Shown here in pieces: positions 27,620 to 36,579 of a stretch of 64,000 nucleotides of DNA (its first letter is position 1; the number at the start of each line of letters is the position of its first letter). The stretch is from Steroidobacteraceae bacterium. GTDB lineage: Bacteria > Pseudomonadota > Gammaproteobacteria > Steroidobacterales > Steroidobacteraceae. The notes under the pieces were generated by a model that saw nothing but the letters and a program-made list of their open reading frames with translations, searched no databases and was not told where the DNA came from. The translations under genes and the position numbers were made by a program. Where the stretch lies: assembly GCA_035277305.1 (NCBI GenBank), contig DATEKT010000195.1, forward strand, positions 6,329-70,328, in the 5' to 3' direction.

Positions 27620-28467
27620 TCCGAAACTTTCTGACGGCGCGGCGGCGGGCTCTTCGCACGCAGCAGGTCGGCGGGCGGCGCCTCGTCGGTCAGGCCTTCG
27701 AGCCCCGCGAACAATTCGCGCTGATCCTTCAGCCAGCGATTCGCTTCGTTGAGCGATGCCGACAATGCGTCGAGCGACGCTGCGGCGCTGTGCTCGTCGG
27801 TGGCCAGGAGCGCCTGCTCGCGCACCAGCGACACTTGCTGGCGCAGCCGCTCGATCTCCGCTTCGATCAGCTCGCGCCGGCGCTCGGCATCGGCGTGGCC
27901 GCTGCGGCGCTCGCGAATCACTTCCAGCTGCTGTTCGAGGCTGCGTTTCAGCTCGTCGCCGACGGTTTCGTTGCTGAGCCGATCGATCAGCCGCCGCTCC
28001 TGCTCTTCGAGGTTGCGGCTCTCGCGTCCCGCCGAGGAAATGACCTGCAGCACCGATGCGCGCGCCGCGAGCAGCTTCAAATGCACCCAGGCCATCTGGC
28101 GCACGTCGCTCATCTGCGATTCGGTCGCGCCCGTGCGCGATAACAGGTCGCAGATCTCGTTCGCCTGAGCTTCGATCGTGGACTGCTGGTCGCGCGCATC
28201 CTGCGACAGATACGAGGTCAGCTGCGCATAGCGCGAGTGCCAGTCCGTCTGGCCTTGCTCCGCGTCCACCGTTGCGCGGAAACGCGGATGACGCGAGAGC
28301 GTGAACAGGTAGAGCCCCTCCAGGCCGAGGCCGATCAGCCACAGCGCCGGATTCACGAATGCACCGAGCAGCGCGAACGTCGCGACGCCGAACCAGTTCG
28401 GCGGCACCGGCATGCCGAGCGGGCGCGCGTTGAAAGCTGCCGCGAGGTACGAACGCTTGGCGCTCAT
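27616..28467 (-). CDS. Hypothetical 2-TM membrane protein with cytoplasmic coiled coil
   Basis: Hydrophobic hairpin, then a long heptad region. ATGA overlaps on both sides. Confidence 0.8.
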   Translation of the reverse strand: MSAKRSYLAAAFNARPLGMPVPPNWFGVATFALLGAFVNPALWLIGLGLEGLYLFTLSRHPRFRATVDAEQGQTDWHSRYAQLTSYLSQDARDQQSTIEAQANEICDLLSRTGATESQMSDVRQMAWVHLKLLAARASVLQVISSAGRESRNLEEQERRLIDRLSNETVGDELKRSLEQQLEVIRERRSGHADAERRRELIEAEIERLRQQVSLVREQALLATDEHSAAASLDALSASLNEANRWLKDQRELFAGLEGLTDEAPPADLLRAKSPPPRRQKVSE

Positions 28468-30119
28468 GTGGCGGCGGGCTGCGCGGCGTACTTGCGGAAT
28501 GCCGGCGGCACGAAGGCGAGGTCGGTTGCTTCGCGGATCGCGATGCGCATCTGGAATTCGAGCACGTCCGCGGGAACGGGATTCTGGTAGCCGGTGAGGC
28601 ACGCATCGAGCGCGGCGTCGGCGCCGACATTCTCGGTGCGCGAGCGCCGATAGGCTTTCACGACCAGCGCTTCGGCGGCGCCCGGCGTGAGCAGCGTCGG
28701 CATGCGCGGCGTCAGTGCCGCGAGCTGCGCGTCGGTCGTCGCAAGTCCGTAACGTTTCGCCAGCACGCCGACCAGCGCCGCGCTTTCCGCCTGCGTGCTC
28801 GTGGGCAGCAACGGCACTTTTACGTCGACGCGGCCCGGACGTTTCAGATCCACCTCGATCAGGTCCGGACGCGACGAAGCGAGCAGCCACAGCACGCGGC
28901 CGCGATTCGCGGTGTCCGCCATCTCCTGCGCGATCATCGAATACAGTCGGCCGGAGAGCCCGCTGTCGCCGCTGCCGGACTCGCGGCGGCCGAGGCTCTG
29001 GTCTGCTTCGTCGATGAACACCATGCAGCGGCCGAGCGCGCGCACCAGGCGAAAGATCTTCTCCAGGTTGCCTTCGCTCGAGCCAACCCAGCGGTCGCGG
29101 AAATTCTTCAGCTTCACGACCGGCACGCCAGCTTCGCCGGCGAGGCACTCCACGAGAAACGTCTTGCCGGTGCCGACCGGGCCGCACAACAGGTAACCCA
29201 TCGGCAGCGCCTTGAGATCGCCGGCGCGCCACAGCGCGATGTCCTGGCGCAGCCACTGCTTGAGCGCGTCCTGGCCGGCGTAGTCATCGAGCGTGCGCTG
29301 CGATTCGACGAACTCGACGAGGCCCGCGGAGTCGCGCTCGACCAGGTCTTTCTTGATACGCGTCAGGTCCGCGGCGCCGAGCGCCTGGCCGGAGTGATCG
29401 CGCACCTTCACGAGGCTCTCGAGCGCCGTCACGGTCACACCGACCAATGCGCCGGCGAGCTGCGGCAGGTTGGCATCGGCGGCGAACGCTCTTGGCTCCT
29501 GCACCTTGAGAATGGCAAGCGCTCGTTCGAGCGCTGCGGTATCCGGCAACGGCACACGAATGCGCGAGGCCTGCGCGCTGTAGGCGATCTGTCGCTCGAT
29601 GTCGTTGAGATTGTCGGCGATGAGCACGCTGGTGAACGGCAGGTCGCAGAACGGCGCCTCCGCGGACCAGTCGCGCAACACGCTCGTGAGGCTGCCGTGC
29701 TCGTAGCCCGAGCCGTCGGCTGGCACCACGTCATCGGCGCCGCGCAGGATCACTGCGACGTTCTCCTGCACGTCGCGGCCGAGCACGCGCAGATTGCCGA
29801 GATAGCGCAGGTAACGGCTGATGTATTGGATCGCGGCCAGCGGCTCGCGCGGCAACGCCTTCAGGTTCGCGCCGCCCCATTTCTCGACGAGCTCGCCGCC
29901 GCGCTCGATCGTCAGGCCGTTGCCGAGGTCGTACGCCAGCACGACTTTGAAGCCGGCGAGCAGGTCGTTCTCCAGGTAGCCGGCGAGATTGATCAGGCGG
30001 CCGCCGACGGCGACGCGGTCATGTACGTTGCCGTAGAGGATGAACTGGCCGTGAGCGCCACTCTCGTACGCCAGCGCGAGCTCGGCTGCCCACGCCGGCG
30101 CACCTTGCGGTGCGGGCAT
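28464..30119 (-). CDS. Classical-clade AAA+ ATPase (degenerate N-terminal module, active C-terminal module)
   Basis: GPVGTGKT, pore loop RWVGSSE, VFIDE and SRH SSRPDLIEVDLKRPGR. Confidence 0.92.
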   Translation of the reverse strand: MPAPQGAPAWAAELALAYESGAHGQFILYGNVHDRVAVGGRLINLAGYLENDLLAGFKVVLAYDLGNGLTIERGGELVEKWGGANLKALPREPLAAIQYISRYLRYLGNLRVLGRDVQENVAVILRGADDVVPADGSGYEHGSLTSVLRDWSAEAPFCDLPFTSVLIADNLNDIERQIAYSAQASRIRVPLPDTAALERALAILKVQEPRAFAADANLPQLAGALVGVTVTALESLVKVRDHSGQALGAADLTRIKKDLVERDSAGLVEFVESQRTLDDYAGQDALKQWLRQDIALWRAGDLKALPMGYLLCGPVGTGKTFLVECLAGEAGVPVVKLKNFRDRWVGSSEGNLEKIFRLVRALGRCMVFIDEADQSLGRRESGSGDSGLSGRLYSMIAQEMADTANRGRVLWLLASSRPDLIEVDLKRPGRVDVKVPLLPTSTQAESAALVGVLAKRYGLATTDAQLAALTPRMPTLLTPGAAEALVVKAYRRSRTENVGADAALDACLTGYQNPVPADVLEFQMRIAIREATDLAFVPPAFRKYAAQPAAT

Positions 30120-30120
30120 T

Positions 30121-30867
30121 TCAGCTGCCCTGGCCGCCCGATTCGGTCGCGCCGAGCGAGCGCGGCGCGGGCGCCGGCGCTTCGCCCGGGATCGAGAGAC
30201 CTTCGCGCGCGGCGAAGTCGGCCAGTGCCTGGTCGGCCAGCGCGTTCATCTCGGCTTCCTGGATTTCGACGCCGGTCATGTCGACCGAGTCCTTGGCGAT
30301 ACGCGCGCGCCCGGCGGCCTTGGTGCGTTCTTCTTCGACCATCTCGTGCAGGCGGTTCAGCGTGTCGCCGGAGCCGCCGATGCTCGTGATCATGCCGGAG
30401 GCCATCTCGTGGATCTCGGCCATCGCCTGGTTCATGCGCATGTCGTTGATCGCGCCCTTCAGGCCTTCGATCTTCGCTTTCGCGGTCTGCACCGCGACGT
30501 CGCGCGCCTTGACGAGATTCTTGTAAGTCGCCTCGGCCTGCTCCAGCTGCTTGCGGTTCTCTTCGACCTGCGCATCGATAGTCTGCAGGCGCAGCGCGTA
30601 CTGGCCGGCGGCGGACTTGTTGCCGGCTCGCAGGTGCGCCGTGGTCTTGGCGCGCAGATCCTTCTGCTCGGCTTCGAGCTTGCGCACCTGGCCCATGATC
30701 CGCTCGCACAGTCCCGCGTGCGTGGCGAGGCCCTGGTTGAAATTCGCGATCTGCTTGCGCAGGTTCTCCTGCTCCAGCTCGAGCAGCGCTTCCGGATTGC
30801 GGCGTTCGACGCCGGAGATGAACAGCGAGAAAAACCCTTTGAAGAGATTGGCCAGCCGGCTGAACAT
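30121..30867 (-). CDS. PspA/IM30/Vipp1 family protein (bacterial ESCRT-III)
   Basis: Amphipathic MFSRLANLFKGF helix, NPEALLE, long coiled coil and conserved A..RA in the C-terminal half. Confidence 0.88.
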   Translation of the reverse strand: MFSRLANLFKGFFSLFISGVERRNPEALLELEQENLRKQIANFNQGLATHAGLCERIMGQVRKLEAEQKDLRAKTTAHLRAGNKSAAGQYALRLQTIDAQVEENRKQLEQAEATYKNLVKARDVAVQTAKAKIEGLKGAINDMRMNQAMAEIHEMASGMITSIGGSGDTLNRLHEMVEEERTKAAGRARIAKDSVDMTGVEIQEAEMNALADQALADFAAREGLSIPGEAPAPAPRSLGATESGGQGS

Positions 30868-31010
30868 GCATCCTCCGCAAAGCAGCGTTCGAGCGAAGGG
30901 CGCAGCGTAGCGAAAATGGCGCGCAGAGAGTAGCGAAGCGGGGTGAGGCGCGGCACTGTGCCGGCGAGCGCCCGCAGAGCACCGGCGGGACGTTTGTTAG
31001 ACTCCGCAGC

Positions 31011-31913
31011 ATGACGACGCCCAGCATCCTGCCGCCGCCCGCCCCGCAACACCTGCACGAAGTGCTCGAGCTCGAACAGCTCGACACCAACCTGTTCCGC
31101 AGCCGGGTCAACCAGATCAACAACAACCGTTCGCTGTTCGGCGGCCAGATCCTCGCCCAGGGTCTGAAGGCAGCCGCGCTCACGGTGGAGGCGGGACGGA
31201 CGGCGCATTCGCTGCACGGCTACTTTCTGCTCGCGGGAATCAGCGACATCAACGTGATCTACGACGTGGAGCTGACGCGCGACGGCGGCAGCTTCTCGAC
31301 GCGCCGCGTCGTGGCGCGCCAGCGCGCGAAGCCGATCTTCCACATGGAGCTGTCGTTCCACCGCGAGGAGCAGGGCTTCGAGCACGAGATTCCGCTCGAC
31401 GTCGACGTGCCGGATCCGCAAGCGCTGCTGAGCACGCGGCAGCTGGCGGAGCGGTTCGCCGATCGCCTGCCCAAGAGCGCCAACGCCATCGCCACGCAGC
31501 AGGCGATCGTCGAGCTCAAACCCGTCAGTCCCGAGGACTACTTCCTGCGCAAGGCGGAACGCTCGCGCGGGCTGTACTGGATCAAGTCGAGCTCGCCGCT
31601 TCCCGATGACGCGCTCACACAGCAGTGCGGGCTGGCGTATCTGTCCGACTATTTCCTGACACCCACCGTCGTGCTTCAGCACACGGTGTCGATGATGTCG
31701 GGCCAGGTGATGATGGCGAGTCTGGACCACGCGATGTGGTTTCATCGGCCCTGCCGTGCAGACGAGTGGTTGCTGGTCGATGCGGTCAGTCCCTTCGCCG
31801 GCGGTGCGCGCGGTCTGACGCGAGCGCAGATCTTCAATCGCGAGCGGCGGCTGGTCGCGTCGGTGGCGCAGGAGGGGTTGGTCAGGCCGCTGGAGAGTCA
31901 GCCCAAGGCCTGA
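31011..31913 (+). CDS. tesB: Acyl-CoA thioesterase II
   Basis: LFGGQILAQ, HSLHGYF, RDGGSFSTRRV, AYLSD, SLDHAMWFH and VAQEG. Confidence 0.92.
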   Translation: MTTPSILPPPAPQHLHEVLELEQLDTNLFRSRVNQINNNRSLFGGQILAQGLKAAALTVEAGRTAHSLHGYFLLAGISDINVIYDVELTRDGGSFSTRRVVARQRAKPIFHMELSFHREEQGFEHEIPLDVDVPDPQALLSTRQLAERFADRLPKSANAIATQQAIVELKPVSPEDYFLRKAERSRGLYWIKSSSPLPDDALTQQCGLAYLSDYFLTPTVVLQHTVSMMSGQVMMASLDHAMWFHRPCRADEWLLVDAVSPFAGGARGLTRAQIFNRERRLVASVAQEGLVRPLESQPKA

Positions 31914-32500
31914 CCCAACACCGACTCGCGCAGCCGCTCGACATCTTTCTTCCCCAACAGCTTCGTTGCGCCGGCCTTCAGTCCCGCTACGCGCAGCGGG
32001 CCGATCGCGACGCGCTCGAGCTCGCGCAGTTTCAGCCCGACGCGCGCGAGCATCCGGCGGATCTCGCGCGGCTCGCCCTCGCGAACCGTCAGACTGAGCA
32101 GCGTCCGATCCCCCCGCGTGCGATCGACCTGGCGCTTGAGGATGCGCACGGCTTCCATCGCCGCACGCTGCGTAGTCTTCGTGCCGTCAGCTGCTGGGTT
32201 CACCAGGTACAGGCCCGCCCGCAGCTTCTGCAGCTGTTCGTCGTCCGTCTGTCCCGTGCACACCGCGCGATACTCCTTCAACACGCCTAATTTCGGGTGA
32301 TCGAGCTGCCGCGAGAATGCGCTGTCGTCCGTCAGCAGGATGAGGCCGGTCGAATCGGCGTCGAGCAGTCCCACCCAATACCAGTGGTGCTCGCCGCGCA
32401 GCGCGAACGGGATGAAGTCGAGGACCGTGCGCCGTCCGGCGCCGCCGCGCGTCGAGGTGACGACGCCCTTCGGCTTGTTCAGCAATAAATAAGAAGGCAT
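31898..32500 (-). CDS. RsuA/RluB-family pseudouridine synthase-like protein (no S4 domain, variant motif)
   Basis: LLNKPKGVV, VGLLDADSTGLILLTDD, KEY, EGEPREIRRM and LERVAIGP. Confidence 0.8.
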   Translation of the reverse strand: MPSYLLLNKPKGVVTSTRGGAGRRTVLDFIPFALRGEHHWYWVGLLDADSTGLILLTDDSAFSRQLDHPKLGVLKEYRAVCTGQTDDEQLQKLRAGLYLVNPAADGTKTTQRAAMEAVRILKRQVDRTRGDRTLLSLTVREGEPREIRRMLARVGLKLRELERVAIGPLRVAGLKAGATKLLGKKDVERLRESVLGQALG

Positions 32501-34266
32501 TAAGCGATGCGCTTGGCGAACTCGTGGTTGAGCAGTGCGCGCAATCGTACAGCCTTGAGCGGCTTATGCATCATCGTCAGGCCGGCCGCGCTCACCTTGC
32601 GCAGCTGCTCGGTGGCCGTATCCCCGGAAATCAGCACCGCCGGGATCGAGTCGCCGAGCTGGGCCCGCAGCTCGCGGATCGCATCGATGCCGGTGCTTTC
32701 GCCGCGCAGCCGCAGGTCCGCGATGATGAAATCAGGCGGACGGCGGCTGCCATTCAGGCTCTGCAGGGCCTCGGCCGAGTCCATGGCGGCGATGCATTTG
32801 CAGCCCCAGCTTTCCAGCAGGCTCTGCATGCCCATGCGCACCGATTCTTCGTCGTCGATGACGACGATGAGCTTGCCGCCGATCAGGTTCGGCACCTTCT
32901 GCTCGATCGTCTGCGCGATCGACTGCACGCGCGTCGGATCGGCCACCGGCACTTCGACGGTGAAACGCGACCCCTTGCCGACTGTCGAGCGCAGCCACAG
33001 CGGATGGCCCAACAGCTGCACGATGCGGCGAACGGTCGCGAGGCCGAGCCCGAGGCCGCGGCTGCGATCGCGCGACGGATTGTTGAGCTGGTAGAACTCT
33101 TCGAAGATGCGCTCGTGCTGCTCTGGCGGGATGCCGATGCCGGTGTCCCAGACCTCGACGCGCGCAACGTTGCCGCGCCGGCGGCACGCGACCAGCACGC
33201 CGCCGCTCTCGGTGTAGCGCAGCGAGTTCGACACGAGATTCGACAGCACGCGGAAGAGCAGAGTCGCGTCCGTCGCCAGCGTCGCTTTCGTGCGGCGAAC
33301 GGTCAGACGCAGTCCTTTGTCCTGCGCCGGCCCGGAGAACGTGGCGCGCACGCGGTCGAACACCGCATCCACCGGCACGATCTCGCGCTTCACTTCGACC
33401 TGGCCGGCATCGAGCTTGGAAATGTCGAGCAGGTTGTCGAACAGCTGCTCGAGCGACTCCGTGCATTGCAGGATCTGGTCGACCAGCGCCTGGCTCGACC
33501 GGCCCGCCGAGTTGTTGCGCAGCGCCGTCGCGAACAATCCGAGCGAGTGCAGCGGCTGGCGCAGATCGTGATTGGCGGCCGCGAAGAACAGCGACTTCGA
33601 GCGGTTCGCCTCTTCGGCGCGGGCGCGCGCTTGTTCCGCGAGCACGTTCTGACGCTGCAGCTGCTCGACCAGAACCTCGTTCTCGTACCGCAAGCGGATC
33701 TGCGCGACGACGGCGCGCGACTGACGATCGACGAACAGCAGCACGTAGCCGAGCACCGCGATCCACATCACTCCCAGCGCTGCGTTTCCGTAGCCGCCGA
33801 GTGTCATGTAGCGCAGCGCCAGCATGCCGAAGATCGGCACCGTGAACGCGTGTAGCGCTGGCGGGAAGTGAGCGTGCGTGATGATGCTCAGCGTCGCGCG
33901 GCCGGCGAGACAGGCGGAGATCAGCGCGAGCGGCAGCGATTTGTCGCGCCCGACCAGCACGAACACCGCGGAGCCCCACACGATGCCGGCGACGCCGGCA
34001 GCGACAGCCAATCGCCAACCCCAACGACGCGACGCAGTGTCACGATCACTGGCGCGGCGGTAGGCCGCGGAGAGTGCAAGCACGGATGCCTGGACGAGGA
34101 GGGCGGCGCCAGCCCACGCGACGATGTTGGCGACGCCCGTGTGCGGCCAGGCGATCACCGCGATCAGGGCCGCCATCAACAACGCTGAGCCGGAAACCGC
34201 CAGCGTATTGTCGTAAAGCATCTCGATGCGTTGCTGCTCAACGCGTCGGAGCAAGGCGGCATCCAT
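32500..34266 (-). CDS. Membrane hybrid sensor histidine kinase/receiver
   Basis: TM region, AANHDLRQPL, NLVSNSLRYT, WDTGIGI, GLGLGL and receiver VIDDE/IADLRL/HKP. Confidence 0.95.
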   Translation of the reverse strand: MDAALLRRVEQQRIEMLYDNTLAVSGSALLMAALIAVIAWPHTGVANIVAWAGAALLVQASVLALSAAYRRASDRDTASRRWGWRLAVAAGVAGIVWGSAVFVLVGRDKSLPLALISACLAGRATLSIITHAHFPPALHAFTVPIFGMLALRYMTLGGYGNAALGVMWIAVLGYVLLFVDRQSRAVVAQIRLRYENEVLVEQLQRQNVLAEQARARAEEANRSKSLFFAAANHDLRQPLHSLGLFATALRNNSAGRSSQALVDQILQCTESLEQLFDNLLDISKLDAGQVEVKREIVPVDAVFDRVRATFSGPAQDKGLRLTVRRTKATLATDATLLFRVLSNLVSNSLRYTESGGVLVACRRRGNVARVEVWDTGIGIPPEQHERIFEEFYQLNNPSRDRSRGLGLGLATVRRIVQLLGHPLWLRSTVGKGSRFTVEVPVADPTRVQSIAQTIEQKVPNLIGGKLIVVIDDEESVRMGMQSLLESWGCKCIAAMDSAEALQSLNGSRRPPDFIIADLRLRGESTGIDAIRELRAQLGDSIPAVLISGDTATEQLRKVSAAGLTMMHKPLKAVRLRALLNHEFAKRIA

Positions 34267-34280
34267 GTCGGCTGAACGGG

Positions 34281-34940
34281 TCAGCGTGCGTTCGCGTAAG
34301 CCGGCGTGTTGGTGGGCGGAATGCCAGCCGGCGTCGCGGGCAGGAAGCCGCGACGCTGCGCGACCAGCACTGCCTGCGTGCGGTTACGCACGTTGAGCGC
34401 TTCGAAGACGGCGCTGACGTGCGCCTTGACGGTCCGCTCGGCAACGTCGAGCGCGCGCGCGATCTCTTTGTTGGAGAAGCCGCGGCCGAGCATGCTGATG
34501 ACTTCCAGCTGACGCAGCGTGAGGCCGTTGGTATCCGGCGCCGCCGTCAGATCCGCTGTGGCGGGCACGAACACGTCGCCCGACAGCACTTTCTGGATGG
34601 CGACGATCATCTCGTCCGCCGTGAACGACTTCGGGATGAACCCGGACGCGCCGGCCGAAACTGCGCGCGACGCGACGCCGTGCTGCTCGTCGCCGGAGAT
34701 CATGATGCAGGCGGTGGTCGGAAACTTCTGGCCGATGACCTTGAGCGCGTTGAAGCCGTCGTCGCCGCGCAGGTGGATGTCGAGCAGCACCAGGCCGATA
34801 TCCGGATCGCGTTGCAGGGTCTGCAAGGCTTCGGTCACGGAGGAGACGCTCAGCACTCCCGCGTCCAGCGTGCTCTGCTCGAGAACCGCCTGGAAGCCGG
34901 CGCGAAACAGTGGATGGTCATCGACGATGAGGATTTTCAT
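34281..34940 (-). CDS. NarL/LuxR-family response regulator
   Basis: MKILIVDDH, LLDIHL, GFIPKS and LTLRQLEV..SNKEIA..TVKAHV. Confidence 0.95.
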   Translation of the reverse strand: MKILIVDDHPLFRAGFQAVLEQSTLDAGVLSVSSVTEALQTLQRDPDIGLVLLDIHLRGDDGFNALKVIGQKFPTTACIMISGDEQHGVASRAVSAGASGFIPKSFTADEMIVAIQKVLSGDVFVPATADLTAAPDTNGLTLRQLEVISMLGRGFSNKEIARALDVAERTVKAHVSAVFEALNVRNRTQAVLVAQRRGFLPATPAGIPPTNTPAYANAR

Positions 34941-35181
34941 GACAGGCCCCGGTATCAAACTGCCAATGAAGAAATCGCAGCATCCCGGCTGCTTACGACA
35001 CGGTTGTAGTCCCGATATCAAGTGTGGGCCATCGTACGTCCGCACTAAGGCGGGCGGCAATTGCCCTTTGGTGCAGCGCAGTGAGACGGGCGTCACACGG
35101 CGGCCCTTTGGGCGTATGGCGCTGGCGGGGCGTTCGCGGCGACGATCGTTCGCGCTAGTTCAGTTCCCCCGTGAGAGCGTT

Positions 35182-35217
35182 ACGCCGGCCATCCACGAGA
35201 TCGCCGGCGTCTTTTTT
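35182..35217 (+). terminator. Hairpin with T-tract on the plus strand (orphan or bidirectional terminator)
   Basis: ACGCCGGC...GCCGGCGT-C-TTTTTT. Confidence 0.6.
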
Positions 35218-35219
35218 AT

Positions 35220-35249
35220 CTGTCGAAAGCGGCCGAGGCCCTTTCGACG
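35220..35249. repeat. 30-bp imperfect palindrome, copy 2
   Basis: CTGTCGAAAGCGGCCGAGGCCCTTTCGACG. Confidence 0.85.
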
Positions 35250-35263
35250 GACCAGTAAAGCTT

Positions 35264-36484
35264 CTAGCACCCCGTCCGCTTCAGCCAGATCTCCGCTTCC
35301 GCGATGTAGGGATGCTTGCGCGGCAGGCGCTTGCGCTTGACGTTGTCCCGGTAGATGGCCAGCGCCTTGCGGAACTCATCGGCGGCGGCCTGATTGTTGC
35401 CGCTCTTGAAGTAGTAGCGGCCGAGGTTGGCGTGGTCGTTACCGACCAGCGTGTGGCCCGCGCCGCGCAGCTGCTCGTTCAAACCCAGCGCCTTGCACAG
35501 ATGATCCTTGGCAGCAGCCAGGTCTCCGGTCGCGGTCAGCAGCCCGCCGTAATTCGCGTACGTATCGATCAGGTTCGGGTGGCCGAGACGGCCCAGCACG
35601 GTTTCGTAAACGCGCAAGGCCAGCTCGTAGCCTTCGCGGGCATCACCCGACTGACCCAGCGCTTCCTGCACCGTCGCGAGATTCGCACGGTGCGTCGCGT
35701 ATTTCGGATGATCAGTGCCGACCTGTTTCTGATCGAGCTTCAGCGCCTGCGACAGCGCGCTCGCTGCCTGCTTGAGCGCCTTGGTCTCTTTAGGTTTGGC
35801 CAGGCCCTGGTATGCGCGGCCTTTGACGTCGAGCAGGCGGCTCGTGTTCGGATCCTCGTTGTAGACGCCGCGCTTCTTCAGGATCGACAGGCCGCGCTCG
35901 GCCGCCCGCAGCGCGCCCTTGAAATCGCCCTGGTAGAGCCGCACCGCGCCGAGCTCGTTGAGATTCGCCGCGAGCGGCAGACCGCTGCTGCCATAGACCT
36001 TGCGATTGATGACGATCGCCTTGCCGACCTCTTTCTCGGCCTCGATCAGCTCGTCGCGAATACGCAGCACGCGCGCGTAGCTGTTGTAGCTGGCGGCCGT
36101 GAAGGGATGGTTCTTACCGAAGTTCGCGAGCCGGATCTCGCGCGCCGCGCTCACGAACCTGCTGCCGGCTTCGATGCAACCGCGGTTCAGCAGCGCCATG
36201 CCGATAGCATCCAGGATCGTCGCGAGCAGCTCGGGCTGATCGTGCAGGCTGCAGGGCGGGCAGGGCGGCAGCGGCTCTGCCGGCGGGCAGCCCTCGCTGC
36301 CGGTGTCGCGACTCATGCCCTTCGACGGTGCGGCCGTCGCGCTCGCGCTGCCGCCAAGCGCGACGATCACGCTCTCGACGCTCGGTGTTTTCGAGCCGGC
36401 CGCCGCGCCCGCGGGCGCACGCCCGAACATGTCCTGCACCGCTGCGGGCAGGCTCGTCGAATCGTCGGCAATCAGAATTCGCAT
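35264..36484 (-). CDS. Tetratricopeptide repeat protein (kinesin-light-chain-type repeats)
   Basis: Repeated GxxHP..A...N motifs (GKNHPFTA, GTDHPKYA, GHPNLI, GAGHTLV, RKHPYI). GGGAG RBS. Confidence 0.85.
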   Translation of the reverse strand: MRILIADDSTSLPAAVQDMFGRAPAGAAAGSKTPSVESVIVALGGSASATAAPSKGMSRDTGSEGCPPAEPLPPCPPCSLHDQPELLATILDAIGMALLNRGCIEAGSRFVSAAREIRLANFGKNHPFTAASYNSYARVLRIRDELIEAEKEVGKAIVINRKVYGSSGLPLAANLNELGAVRLYQGDFKGALRAAERGLSILKKRGVYNEDPNTSRLLDVKGRAYQGLAKPKETKALKQAASALSQALKLDQKQVGTDHPKYATHRANLATVQEALGQSGDAREGYELALRVYETVLGRLGHPNLIDTYANYGGLLTATGDLAAAKDHLCKALGLNEQLRGAGHTLVGNDHANLGRYYFKSGNNQAAADEFRKALAIYRDNVKRKRLPRKHPYIAEAEIWLKRTGC

Positions 36485-36579
36485 GACAGCTCTCCCTGAC
36501 TTCGGCTCGTTGTTGGCGGTGGCGCGCGGGTGCGGAATTCTGCGCGATTGCGGTCGTGCGTGCGAGCCGGACGATAGGG

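Noticed and set aside
21899-29256. Apparent giant fusion ORFs in the track (21899-24292, 23386-25914, 25901-28630, 27616-29256; likewise 39505-41094, 56104-57711)
   Set aside because: The N-terminal extensions are off-frame or antisense read-through over neighbouring genes. The true starts are marked by an RBS or ATGA/GTGA overlaps.
30885-30940. Three AGCGAA direct repeats upstream of pspA as an operator
   Set aside because: They are short, irregularly spaced and GC-rich, so they cannot be distinguished from chance.
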